In this document: one piece after another, positions 1 to 13,000 of the stretch
Position numbering within the stretch: position 1 is the stretch's first letter
Layout of the letters: each line of letters starts with the position of its first letter
Origin: Malacoraja senta
Lineage: Eukaryota
Direction: 5' to 3'
DNA: 64,000 nucleotides
Assembly: GCA_038087875.1 (NCBI GenBank)
Contig: CM075987.1
Coordinates: forward strand, 21,700,001-21,764,000
Position numbers and translations under genes: made by a program
The notes under the pieces: generated by a model
What the model was told of the DNA's origin: nothing
Seen by the model: only the letters and a program-made list of their open reading frames with translations
The model's database searches: none

Positions 1-330
1 AAAGGGTGACGTTTCGGGTCGATTCCTTCTCTCCAGAGATGGTGCCTGACCCGCTGAGTTGCTCCAGCATTTTGTGTCTACCTTCGATTTAAACCAGCAT
101 CTGCAGTTCTTTCCTACACATCCACTGGAAGCATTATCTTTGAATAAGTTCTCTCTCCGACTATTTTACTACTGGAGGCACTCAGCGGGAAAACGTCGTC
201 CATTCCTTCTCTCCAGAGATACTGCCTGCCCCGCTGAGTTACTCCAGCTTTTTGTGACTATCTTCCTTGCTTTGATATGGGTTTGATTTGGACACATTGG
301 GGCGTCACTTGCGTCGGTTACACTTGTATC

Positions 331-347
331 GGGCGGCGCGCATGCGC
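331..347 (+). promoter_or_regulatory. GC box plus NRF1-type palindrome upstream of ENDOG copy 1
   Basis: GGGCGG at 331-336 and GCGCATGCGC at 338-347, in CpG-rich sequence about 55 nt before the ATG. Confidence 0.5.
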
Positions 348-402
348 CAGGCGTGTGACATTGACACAGTCCCATTCACAGAAAAAGTTGCAAGGTTCTA
401 GA

Positions 403-3194
403 ATGCGCCGCGCACTGAGCTCACGGTGGCTGTTGGCGGGAGTCTCCTTGGCTGCAGGGGCCGGTTTGGGGGTGGGATACGGAGCCCACCGGCACCAAGA
501 TGCTTCCGACTCCTTCCTTCATTGCCCCGTGATCCCTATCCAGTCTGTAACCGCGGATGCCGTTGCCAACGAGTCCTTGGTGCCGGTCAGTCCGGCACAG
601 CTGACCCTCGGCAAGACGACCGAAATCATGAAATTCGGTTTCCCTTCTCTGTCCCATATCAAGACCCGCGAATCATACGTGTTGGCGTATGACCCACGCA
701 CCAGGAACGCCCTGTGGGTGCTGGAGCGATTGGACGCGGGCAGACTGGGCCTGACTGGCTCCGACCGCAATCGTTGTGTATTTAGGGAGGATGAGTCTGT
801 GCATGAATACCACCGAGCACAGAACAGCGACTTCAAAGGTAGCGGTTTCGACCGGGGTCACTTGGCAGCAGCCGCTAATCATAAGCACAGCCAGAAATGC
901 ATGGATGATACCTTCTACCTCAGCAACATGGTGCCTCAGGTAACCAGTAGGGAAGCATAAAATTCCAGATCCTATAAATTCGAAACACAGACAGAAAGCT
1001 GGAAATGCTTAGCAGGTCGAGAGATATCAATGGGGTAAGGACACACAGGGAAGGTTTGGAGATTTAGAACTTCATCAGAACCGGAATGCTGAGAAGGCGA
1101 AGTTGCAAAAACAGGAAGTGGAGAGAGAATCGTGGGAATGTTTGTGATAGGGTGCAGATCCAAGTTGCCAATTATTTAAAAAACAATATGTTTAAGAGAT
1201 AATTGAAACAAATGTACTGCTGCATTTCGAGCGGAACAGTATATGATAGGAGCATCCCACAATGTCTGTGCCAAACATGATGCCAAGTTAAACAAATCTC
1301 CTCTCCCTTCATTCCCTGCATTTCCGCGTACATATCTAAAAGCCTAAAAAATGCCACTATCACATCTGCCTCAAACACCATACCTGACACTGTGTTCTAG
1401 GCACCCACCACACTCTTGAGTTTAAAATAACTTGCCCTGTACCAAAGGACCCCTTTCCATGATTTATTGTTGATTATTTTTTTCATTCTGAAATAAGGTA
1501 AATTTATGATAAAATCATAGCTTTTTATGGTTGAAAACCAAGCTGCTTTGAGAAGGACATACATACAGTCTGAAGCATAACATTCCTTCAGTTTTGAGGG
1601 GAAGAAGTGAAACATAGTTAGATTCAGTTGGGATATGTTTATAGAACATGCAGTCTGGACCAACAATTGAATTTATTTTCATTTTGGTAACTTAAACACA
1701 TTTTACTATCTATATACTGTCCTTTTCTGTGCTAGTCTTAGATTTACTTCTTCCCTTTAGAATCCTGATTTAAATAAGAATGCCTGGAACAATCTGGAGA
1801 AGTATTGTCGGAGTCTGACCAAGTCCAACACAAATGTGCACGTCTGCACGGGACCCCTTTATTTGCCGAGGTATGACTCTGACCCTTCCGTTGGGTTACT
1901 TACAATAGCAGATGTGAAAGTATTGCTTTTGAGGAAGATCTCGTAGCAAGTACCCAGTTGGTGTTAGTTGATCGCAGACAGAGCAACGCATGGCTTTACA
2001 GCTTGGGGAAGGTTCCCTGCTCTTCCTTACATTCGAGTCTTTCTGGAGAATGTGAACAGGATAGATTCTGCCCCAATGCCTTTGTTCACCAAATAGCTTT
2101 ATAGATTGTTGAGATTCATATATTGAACTCGGGTGAGTTAAGGGAAGGTTGCCATCTTTGGTTAACTGATGTGAAAAGATGAGGAGACGGAGAAAGGGAA
2201 TGAGCGTGACAAGAATAGAACAACAGTACACTACCAAATTCATATCTACCCTCCTCCCGAATTCTGCAGCTCTTGCTCTGGGACCCATCACAGGGTTGAC
2301 GAAGAATGAGTGGGGGGGAGGGAGGTCTTGCAATCTTAATGGAGTCTTGGGAGCTGGTTACTATTAGACACCAAGTACAAGATATATATGGAAATGGCAA
2401 ATGAGCAATATTGCACTTTCAAAAAAACACCAGGTACAGTAAAAAGGAATTCATATAAAGTCTAAAAGAGGTTGCTCCCCCTCAAATGTATTACCTACTT
2501 AAAACACAGAGAGCAGAAGGGCCTGTTTCTATACAGCACAAATCTGAGTAAGTTAAGTTTCCATGTCAATTCAGGTGATAAATACTACATCACTAATGTG
2601 CTCCCTCTTGGCTGAGACATCAAACTGATGCTCTGTCTATCTTATTAATTTGGAGTAAACAATCCTGTGTCACTGCCGCAAGGAAGAGCAAGGAAATTCT
2701 TCTTGGCCAATATTTATCCTCAAAACAACACTAAGACAGGTTGTCTTGTTGCTTAAAAAAACTTACTGTGTGTATATTGGTTACAACACTTTTTGCATTC
2801 CAACTTATATACTCCCTTAGCACTTTGCCTGTAAAAACACTTTAGGACTTCCTGAGGCCATCTAAATCTAAATTATTTTAAAATTGAGTTATTTGGTTAT
2901 ATTTTGATCAGGAAGGAATCAGATGGGAAGTTGTATGTTAAGTATCAAGTCATCGGGAAGAATAACGTTGCAGTTCCAACACACATCTTTAAAGTGGTGA
3001 TACTGGAGAAACACAGCGGAGAAATCGAATTGCAGTCGTATGTGATGCCAAATCTGCCAGTTTTGGATAACATTCCCCTTGAACGTTTCCTGGTGCCAAT
3101 CGAGAGCATTGAGCGGGCATCTGGCCTTCTGTTTGTCAGCAACATTCTGAAAAGAACCAATAGCCTGAAAGCGATAACTGCCAGTAGCAAATAA
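403..3194 (+). CDS. ENDOG: Endonuclease G, mitochondrial (copy 1); exons 403-939, 1761-1870, 2912-3194; 309 aa
   Basis: ATG at 403 (MRRALSSRWLL, mitochondrial-presequence-like). Catalytic GFDRGHLAAAANH motif. Exon 2 reads NPDLNKNAWNNLEKYCRSL...CTGPLYLPR; exon 3 reads YVKYQVIGKNNVAVPTH...SIERASGLLF. GT-AG junctions keep frame (537+110+283=930 nt). May be an assembly duplicate of copy 2. Confidence 0.9.
2580..2860 (+). mobile_element. Ancient DeuSINE-like (SacSINE/AmnSINE Deu-domain) remnant; also at ~30300-30580
   Basis: Degenerate motifs gaagagcaagga..ttggccaatatttatcctcaa..tgtaaaaacactttaggac resemble the Deu-domain from memory. Similar remnants near 12280-12520, 42660-42870 and 56400-56620 (-). 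Confidence 0.5.
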
Positions 3195-3844
3195 ATGGCA
3201 GGATGGACAATGACTGAGGTAGGAAATTATCAGGACAGGGGATAAAGATTTGTTCCTGAACAAATTGTACCGCTTCATTTTATGGCTTGAATAAGTAACG
3301 TTTATCCTTAATTTCCAAATTACTTTATGTAGCTATACCTTGTTTGAATATTTTATGCGCCATTCTTAATACTATGTTATTTGTTTATTTGAGATTATTA
3401 TTACATTCAAAACTGCAAAGAAAGCTCAATTAAATTATTGGAATATTCTGTTTTTTTCTCAACCAAAATGTTATTCTAGGCATTATTCTGGCTTTCAGTG
3501 ATCATATGGGGTGGTTCCTTTTCTTTAATTATCGTTGTGGCCATTGGGGCCAGCATTTATTCACCATTTAGACATGTGAAAGAATAATGGTGGGCCTACT
3601 GTTTGTACCATCACTACTCATATGGTGGAGGTGTTACTACAGTGATACCCGATTTATAGCCTGATATATATCTGAGGCTTCTTTAGCAATCCTCCCTAAG
3701 CCTGCGATCCTCACCACTTAGTGGAAGGTAAAACAAATGCTTGGCTTTACGATCCCAGTGTATCTGGGAATCTGATGCTTCTTTGATTACCTTTTGAAAC
3801 ACCATGTCATCAAAACTAGTTATTTATGGAGTGCATTGATGCTA

Positions 3845-4220
3845 GAGCAGCGGGACAGGCAGCACCTCTGGAGAGAAGGAATAGGTGACGTTTCGAGTCG
3901 AGAACCTTCCTCAGACTGAGAGGGAGACACAGAGATAAGGTAGTGCAAGGTGTGAAAATGAGACATCAAAGGGGATGTAGACTAAGGAAAATGTAGAATC
4001 GATCATTGTTAACTAGGAGAAATGGTGACAACGAAGCATACAGAGATAAAATTTAATCAGGGGACCAGTCAGACTGGTTGGAGAACCAGGAAGGGGGAGG
4101 GATAGAAAGAGGAAAAGCAAGGGTTACTTGAAGTTAAAGAAGTCAATATTCATACCGCTGGGGAGTATGCTACACAAGTGAAATATGAGATGCTGTTCTT
4201 CCAATTTGCGCTGGGCCTAG
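3845..4220 (-). mobile_element. Penelope-like element 3' fragment with terminal repeat; duplicate at ~31565-31937
   Basis: The minus strand encodes a remnant of the EEQHLIF..GMNIDF C-terminus, followed by the ctgaggaagg..gaaacgtcacc terminal-repeat motif. Confidence 0.7.
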
Positions 4221-5369
4221 TTGGTATTGGGTTGTCTTGGCTTGAGTTATTAGCAGTAATTTCCAATCAATCCCTGTCAAAATGTGATTGATGGGGTGAG
4301 GAGTGAGAGTTGCTGTGGTTTATCCAAATTAATTGATGTAAGTTTGAAAAAGGCAGTATGCTGCATGAGTACATTATTCTCTTTTCTCAAATTATTTTCC
4401 AAATGATTAATCTACTTTTAATTCCCCCATCAGACAGTACTCGGATAATATTGCGTGGAAATGAACAGCTAATTTCACAATTTTGAGAATATACAATACA
4501 TTTCAAATTTGTAGTAGTGTGACTCATAGTTTTACATTTAAGGCAAGACTTCAAATCAAATCTCCCATTCCGATCTTGAGTGTTGAAAAAAATCCCATTA
4601 TTCTATTTGAAGAATAATGAGAGTTCATCATGCAACCCCCCCCCCCCCCCCCCCCCATTTTGTAAAATAAAACTGCTTGATTAACGTCTCTGTTTGTGGT
4701 GCTTGAAATGTCTCAAATTCAAATGTACTTTTTTCCATCTCATTTTGATCAGTCTTTCATAGGACACTGAAACATTATGCAGTGTTTTACTCCCCCAAAA
4801 TCAATACATTTGTGTGATGAAAGAAGGCACTGTAAAGTATTTTAACATTTGTTATTGATCACTATGCATTTATTTACTCATAATTCTGATCTGCAGTCCT
4901 AACCAGTGGTTCAAAAATCAGACCATGGGGGCTCTGTTTTGGACCCAAATATTTCTGCTACTTACATAGGAATTAGAATCCATTGGCCCTTGGAACTTCC
5001 TCCATTGCTCATTGCTGCCATTCTGGATACTCTATCTTGACCGTACCATCCTGCACATCTGCACAAGATTTTTTAAAGTATAATTGAGATCCCTTTTAAT
5101 TCTTCTGAACTCTAGACAACACCAGCCTCGTCTACAGTCTCACCTGATCTCCCATCCCACAAGCCATGATAGTAGTAGATCTTTATTACGCTCCCTCCAT
5201 GGCAAATCACGTCCATTTTTGGATAATGAAAACAAATTTGTGTGCACAGTACTGATGATGATGGAGCTACTCTGTTGATATTGAAGTTGCAACTTGGTGA
5301 AGGTAAATCCATTGATTCTTGATGGGCAAATTTACATTGCCATTTTGTAAGGAACACTCTGGCCACTGG

Positions 5370-5700
5370 GACGAGACAGTTGAAGAAGATTCCTGCAATG
5401 AATCCTTACCTGGCTCCAGGAAGGATGTCATTAACTGGATAGAGTGCTAAACAATATTTACCAGGATATTACCATGCTTGGTGGATTTGAATTTTAAGGA
5501 GAGATTGGATATGGCTGTGGCTTTTCTCCCTAGTACGTTTGGAGTTTGAGGGGTGACTTATACTGTAGGTTTATAAAAATAGTGAGGGATACAGATAAAT
5601 TGAATGGCTCCTCAGCAAAGGAGAGTCTAAAACTAGAAGGCATAAGGGAAGAAGGGAGGATTTAAATGGGACAAAAGAGGCAACTTTTTCAGGCAGAAGG
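5370..5700 (+). mobile_element. Degraded CR1 LINE 3' fragment (also ~33090-33420)
   Basis: CR1-type 3' ORF2/UTR phrases (aggaaggatgtcatt..ggagagattggata..gagtctaaaactagaaggcat). Confidence 0.6.
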
Positions 5701-6007
5701 TGGTGCAACCAGAATCGTACAGTGTACTACAAATATGGCCATACCAACTTCTTGTACAGCTGGATGATGATGACAGCCCAACTCTTCTTCTCAGTACTCT
5801 GACTGAAAAGGCAAGTGTGCCGAAGACCTTATTCACCACCCAGCCAGCATCATCTGAGTCCCACACCACCATGGCCACACACTCATTTCACTCCTGCCAT
5901 TGGGAAAAAGATATAGGAGCTTGAAAACTGTAACAAGCAGGTTCCGGAACAGCTTCTTCCCCACAGCCATCAGGCTATTAAACCTCAACCAAATATGCTC
6001 TGAACTA

Positions 6008-6677
6008 GGTACACAAAAATGCTGGAGAAACTCAGCGGGTGCAGCAGCATCTATGGAGCGAAGGAAATAGGCAACGTTTCGGGCCGAAACCCTTCTTCAG
6101 ACTGATGGGGGGTGGGGAGAAAAAAGGAAAAAGGCGGAGGAGGAGCCCGAGGGCTGAGGGATGGGAGGAGACAGCCCGAGGGCTGAGGAAGGGGAGGAGA
6201 CAGCAAGGGCTAGCAAAATTGGGAGAATTCAATGTTCATGCCCCCAGGATGCAGACTCCCCAAGCAGAATATAAGGTGCTGTTCCTCCAATTTCTGGTGT
6301 TGCTCGCTCTGGCTATGGAGGAGACCCAGGACAGAGAGGTCGGATACGGAATGGGAGGGGGAGTTGAAGTGCTGAGCCACCGGGAGGTCAGGTTGGTTAT
6401 TGCGGACCGAGCGGAGGTGTTCGGCGAAACGATCGCCAAGCCTCCGCCTGGTCTCACTGATGTAGATCAGCTGACATCTAGAGCAGCGGATGCAATTGAT
6501 GAGGTTGGAGGAGATGAAGGTGAACCTCTGTCGCACCTGGAACGACTGCCTGGGTCCTTGAATGGAGTCGAGGGGGAGGTGAAGGGACAAGTGTTGCATC
6601 TCTTGCGGTTGCAAGGGAAAGTGCCCGGGGAGGGGTGATACGGGAGGGAAGGGAAGAATCAACAAGGGAGTTATGGA
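6008..6677 (-). mobile_element. Penelope-like retroelement, GIY-YIG endonuclease C-terminus plus terminal repeat; truncated by the gap
   Basis: ORF 6210-6917(-) contains CIRCSRCQLIYISETRRRLGDRFAEHLRSV...VAQHFN...EEQHLIFCLGSLHPGGMNIEFS, a PLE-type GIY-YIG domain. Confidence 0.85.
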
Positions 6678-6877
6678 NNNNNNNNNNNNNNNNNNNNNNN
6701 NNNNNNNNNNNNNNNNNNNNNNNNNNNNNNNNNNNNNNNNNNNNNNNNNNNNNNNNNNNNNNNNNNNNNNNNNNNNNNNNNNNNNNNNNNNNNNNNNNNN
6801 NNNNNNNNNNNNNNNNNNNNNNNNNNNNNNNNNNNNNNNNNNNNNNNNNNNNNNNNNNNNNNNNNNNNNNNNNNNNN
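6678..6877. other. Assembly gap (200 N)
   Basis: Run of N. Confidence 1.
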
Positions 6878-7011
6878 TCTGAAGAAGGGTCTCGACCCGA
6901 AATGTCACTCGTTCCATCTCTCCAGAGATGCTGCCTGTTCTGCTGAAGTTACTCCAGCATTTTGTGTCTACCTTTGTTCTTATCCCATTTCTTTATTTCT
7001 TTTCTGAACAG

Positions 7012-10000
7012 CCCTTGAATCCTAACCCTGATAGTCGATGGAACACTTACTTCAAAGACAATGAGGTTCTCCTGCAGATTGACAAAGATGTCCGGTAAGA
7101 AATGAAAGACTCTATACTGAAAAGGCATATTTGGTTCATTGGGATAATCAGGAGATGAAAGCTCGGGGAGATTAGAAAATAACTTTTTGTATTTTAAACT
7201 GAAGTGACACATTTCTGCTTTTTAAACTCTTTCTAATGCACTCCACCTAATTTCTCTCTTCCAGGCGACTGTATCCAGACATGGCATTTTTCCAGCGGCC
7301 CACTGACTATCCATGCCTTCTGATTATGGATCCCCAAAATGAGTTTGAAACACTTCGCAGGCGGGTCGAGCAAACCACTTTGAAATCCCAGACAGTTGCA
7401 CATAATCGGAGCGGTGTTACAAATGTAAGTTCTGCACAGCGGCATCTTTCTTATACCTTTAATAACCGATTCAGTCTGGCAAGGACTTGCATTTGTATCA
7501 TCTAATTTTTGCTCGGGTTAATCTTGTTGGCATTTTCCCCTCAGTGGTCAATCAAAAAGATTCGTAATCTTTGTTGATAACTTGTCTCATTGATTAAAGT
7601 TTCGTCTTTCTGCATTAAATTGTACCATTGTGTTTTAAGAGCATTGTGTTTAACTACCATTCAATGAATTTAAATTAATCTATCCTGTACATTGCGATGA
7701 TAAAATGCTCACAGATATGATGGCGATATTTTAGAGGCTTTAGATAAGCATATTCAGAGGATGGAGGGATATGGATCACATGCAGACAGAAGAGATTAGT
7801 TTGACATGGCATCATGTTCAGCAAGGACATTACGGGCCGGAGGGCCTATTCCTGTGCTGTTTTACGTTCAATGTTAACCAGCTTTGATTTCCAGTTGCAT
7901 CCTTCACTTTTCTCCCTCTTTCATTAGGTTTGCTCCCCTCGCAAAACAACCTCGGCCAATGAATATGAAGTGCTCCCCAACGGCTGTGAAGCTCACTGGG
8001 AGGTGGTCGAGAGGATCCTCTTTATTTATGCCAAGCTGAACCCAGGAATCGCTTATGTGCAGGGAATGAATGAGATTGTGGGTCCAATTTACTATACCTT
8101 TGCTACAGATCCTAACACTGAGTGGAAAGGTGAGGCTCTAAAAGTTCTGTTGTAGAAATACTAGAAACAAGATTAATGAATGATATATAATATCAACAAT
8201 ACAAGATTAATGAATGCGATATAATTCTGACATCGTGCTCTCCCTACAATCCCATTCCTTAAGTGGTATTCAACCATTTTCCATCACCTTTGTTGGATGG
8301 GGCAACAATTGGATGGGGTTATTCTTGACTACAACGAATTTGTCACAGAAAGATGTCCTTTGAACCAACTCGCATATTGCAATCTTTGTAGGGGATAATA
8401 AATACAAATACCAGTATTCATACAACTCCTTGAGCCTGCTTCACTTGTGTCAGATCCACTTTTTCTATTCTTTCTCAATAACTATCGATTCCATCAGTAT
8501 CTAAGTCTCTATTATCCCAGCCTTGAATATATTGTGACTAAGCATTCACAGCCCATTGGTAGTAGAGAATTCCAAAAATTCCCAACGCACTGTGTGGAAA
8601 TTCTTTCTCCGTTCTGGACTATCATCTGCTTTTCCTCATTCTCTATTAAAAACTGGTCTTAGAACTCACTCTGTTAGAGTTGCCAAACATTTTGTGTATT
8701 TCTGAGATCCCTTTTCATTTATGTGTAAACATGGAAGATAAGCCGCTTCTACTTTCTCCTGATAAGAAAGTCCTCTCATCCCAGAAATAAAAGGGGGTTT
8801 TCTGTATAACTTTCTTTCAGTATGTCTTACCATTAAATGTTTATCCATCTTTCCCTGAAAGGACATCTGAAATATTTTCATCAGCAATCCCAAATAGTAA
8901 TGCAATCCATATTATTATTATAACTGTAAGACATTTTAGAATTATGGCTATTGATTTAAAAAAATCATTCCAAAGTTTGACAATGTGTATTTGTAATCTA
9001 CTTATCCAAATAATGCTTTGTAACTGACCTTGTCCTTCCTGATCATACGTACTTCCAATCTGGGTCATTGGACATTTATCAGTTCAAGAGGCATGAGTGG
9101 TTTTATCATTTATCCTGGGGACGGGAGGCCTGGTGACAATTGGAGTACCCATAACTTCGTAACTCAGCACTGACTTTCAGTCAAAGGTAGTCGTTCTCAG
9201 TCTGTGTGACTGCAGGTGCCATCAAATGATGAAGGGTTTTCCATCTCCTTGCTGTTTTGAAGAGTACAGCAGCTGTCTGTCCTTTCATCTTTTATTTTTT
9301 ATTTTAGTTAGTTAAGTGTTTTGTTTGGAGGTCTAGACTTCTTTGTGGGGGGGGGGGGGGAGGGGGAAACTACCCGACTATGGGTGAACTGGGGTTGGGG
9401 ACTGGACTTTGCGCCTTCCCTCATGGTGGGAGCCATTGTGGGGGGATGTCCTTTGTGTTAAGACACTCTTGGTGTTATGTCTGTATTCTCTTCTTTTGTG
9501 TGCTGCATAATGGCAAGAAGCATTTCACTTCACTACACCTGGGTGTATCTGAATGTGACTAATAAAAATACTTTACTTTACTTTACATACAACTCATGAA
9601 ACACTTCAGCTTTAGGATTTTAATTCTAGATTTCAAATTCCTCCCAGAGTTTCCAGTCTATGTAATATCTTCCAGCTGTACAACAACCATAAGCTATGAC
9701 ATTATCATCCCCAAATTTCTCTGCCATTCTATCTCCCTTAAAATACTCCTGAAAACTGACTAAATATTTTGCCATTGCCTTCCTATTTAATAATGAGGCT
9801 TGGTGTTAGATTCTGACTGTTAAAACACATTTTGCAATGTCAAGGCCATAACATAAATCACAAATTATTTCAATGTTAGTATTTTTCTTTCCAGATAGAA
9901 ATTTGGGGGGGGGGGGGAGAAAGGAATTCTGAATATTTTACACTTTTTCTTGTTTCCCTGAATTATACAGAACACGCAGAAGCAGACACATTTTTTTGCT

Positions 10001-13000
10001 TCACGAACCTGATGTCAGAAATCAGGGACAATTTCATCAAGAGCCTAGATGACTCGCAGTGTGGGATCACATACAAAATGGAGAACGTTTACTCTACACT
10101 GAAGGAGAAAGACATGGATCTGTATCTTAAATTGGTATGAAGTGATGTTTTAGATTTTAGTTATCGAGATACAGCGCGGTAACGCCACGTCGGACCACAG
10201 AGTCCGCTCTGACCATCAATCCCCGCGCACTTATACTATGTTACACACATTAGGGACAATTTACAATTATACCAAGCCAATTAAACACAAATCTGTACGT
10301 CATTGGAGTGTGGGAGGAAACCAGAGATCTCGGTGAAAACCTGCGCAGGTCACGGGGAGAATGTACTAACTCCATACAAATGAGCACCTGTAGTCAGGAT
10401 CTGATCCGGGTCTCTGGTGCTGCAAGGCAGCAACTCTACCACTGTGCCACCCACTAATTGTATTAACTAATTGTATCAAAGGTGTATTGAGTTGAATAAG
10501 ATTGAACAGTGATGAGTGTTTCAAATCCATTCAACCTTTTGCTCACTGACAATAGCAATTGAAATGACAAGGCCTAGATTTTAATGTTTGTGATCAAACT
10601 CTTTGATAGTCTTGTTCCTCTATAAACTCTTCCAACCCACCGATTCTACGCTCTCACTTCCAGAGATTTCTGCACTCTTCTGGGTACATTACTCATTTAT
10701 TTCACTCAACCATTGGCAGACTTGCATTCAGCCATCTAAGCCAAAGCCCTGGAATTCTCTCCTTAAATCCATTGCCACTCCTCCTTAAAACACCTAAGTT
10801 TACCAAGCTCATAGTTAGTACTAGATAGTTGTAATCGGATGTAAAACTTGTATTTGATAACTGTCCTTGGTATACTTTTCCGGGTATTTATTAAGCTCAA
10901 TTCATGCATCGGATGTGGGTTCCATCAATGACCCAGTTTTTGTGTTGGATTCTACAAGCTTGAACCCATCTTTAGGCTTATGCACCAATTCAGTACAGGG
11001 GAAATGACAAACTGTTAGGATGACATATCTTTTAGTATATTGTGCATAATATTGATTATGCTGAAGGAATATTGTAATAATTGGCAGGTGAGATAATTGG
11101 CACAAATGTAATTAAAGGGAAGCTTGACAAATACACAAAGTGGCAGAAGATCTTACTGATGACACTGAGCTGCGTGGGAGGAAGCCTTGAGGGAGCATTA
11201 ATGCCGTGGAAATGTAATGGCCTGTATTTGCACTTTAAATACTATACAATAACATTTATGTAATTCAGGCCATTGCTTGACATGTTTACATTCCAGCAAG
11301 AACAGAATATCAAGCCACAATTTTTTGCCTTTCGCTGGCTCACACTGCTGCTGTCTCAGGAGTTCCTTCTTCCTGACGTTATCCGAATATGGGATTCCCT
11401 CTTTTCTGATGTCGACAGATTTGATTTCCTCATCCTTGTCTGCTGTGCCATGTTGATGTAAGTTGCAAAATCCATCATTTTTCTGATGTGGGAGAGCTGT
11501 TGCGCCCTTTCAAAGATGCTTTCTTTTCAATTTGTTTTTAATGTGAGGCTAGCCAAGGCTGTCTGACAGTCAGGTTCATTGAAATTGCCTGGTCTGTTTA
11601 TTTGGAAGCTTCTTCATGTCGCCTGCTGTGGAACCAGAGGTGGTCGGAAAAGGTTTTTGCACAAAGTATTGTGTGCCCCAAACATGCTGCCAGAAGTAGT
11701 GGTGGAGGTAGACATGATAGTGGCAATTAAGAGGCTTTTGGATAGGCACATGGATATGCAGGGAATGGAGGGATTTGGATCGTGTGTGGACAAAAGAGAT
11801 TAGTTTAACTTGCATCATGTTCAACACGGACATTGTGGGCCAATGAGCCTGATTGTATGCTGTACTGTTCAGTGTTCCAACAGGTTATCAGAGCATTAGA
11901 GTAATCCATTTAACTAATTTGTACATGGCTGATACTTTTTAACAAATGTTTTATTTTTAAGAGCAGCTCTCAGCATCTTTCACCCCTTGTTCCTAAGCCA
12001 GTTCTTTGAAAGTTCTATCTAATTTGTCTCATTACTCTTGGTCCATACATAGATCTTTGAGAATTTACCTTTTTCAAGTATTTCTGAAGCTTAATTCATG
12101 CATCGGATGTGGGTACTATCAATATGATCTGGAATGGAACTTGGTATTGAAAATGGACTGCTTTGATGTAAATGGTGTTGAACATTTCAGTTGTGGAGCC
12201 CACCTTTAGGTTTATGCACCAATTCAGTACTGGGGAAATGCCAAACTGTTAGAATGGCCTTTCTTTTGGGTGCACTGAACCCCACCTATCCTTATAGCAT
12301 TATTTCAAGAGCAGTGGAGCAGGGTTTATTTTCCGGTTACCCTGGGCATTATTTATCTTTCAGCTAATATGACCGGAACAATTTACGTGGTCATTATCTT
12401 ATTTCTATTCATGAAATCTAGCTTTGTTCAAATTAATCTTCATGTTTCCTACATTGTTAACAGTGACCAATTCTTTATTGAGTGTAAAATATTTGTGATG
12501 TTCTGAAGTTGTGAAAGAAATGTGCATTTTTAATTGCTATTATGAATGAGAAACGAAAAATAAACCTAAGTGCGATCAGGGAATCTGCAAATCAAATAAA
12601 TGTATTGAACACATTTCCTTTGGTAAAATTGAAAGAGTGCAGGGTGTCCTGTCAAATATGAACGTATTTGAAATAGAATGTACATTCCTGTCGTACCTCA
12701 CTGTCAAGTTGGAAAGATTGTAATTAAGTGCAATCCTGGAGTACTAAAACTACACGATTTCTTGCAAAATAAAAGCGGGATTCAGTAAGTTGGAAGTGCA
12801 AATTACCTCGCCAACCAAGCAAGGTTAAAACTTACCCGCTTGTACAGCTGATTTGAAACTTTACAAATTTTTTTTTAAAGTTGATGCTGGAATACAACTA
12901 AATAAATTTATTTGAGCAGATTTAAATAACTTCAGACATTATCACGATAGTTTTGCCTCACGGACTGTGAAAGGCCACCTATATCAAGATTTTTTTAAAT

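Larger units (their letters stand above)
1..6677 (+). repeat. Near-identical direct duplicate of ~27715-34385 (ENDOG locus)
   Basis: Colinear match with an offset of 27714 at the start. Only scattered SNPs and small indels. The ORF track repeats almost exactly. Confidence 0.97.

Noticed and set aside
277-402. N-terminal extension of the ENDOG ORF (MGLIWTHW...)
   Set aside because: It runs through promoter-like motifs next to a repeat. The ATG at 403 gives a presequence-like N-terminus and a typical length.
1896-2400. Intronic minus-strand ORFs in ENDOG, present in both copies
   Set aside because: No recognisable domain. They recur only because the segment is duplicated.
6039-6638. 199-aa and 256-aa plus-strand ORFs (also 33745-34515)
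   Set aside because: Antisense frames of the Penelope-like element.
6210-6946. ORFs reading through X runs (also 34184-35004)
   Set aside because: Artefacts of the N gaps.
9347-9366. Poly-G/poly-C tracts (also ~4636, ~19497, ~39363, ~62549) as G-quadruplex elements
   Set aside because: Homopolymers of variable length (they differ between the duplicate copies), with no evidence of function.
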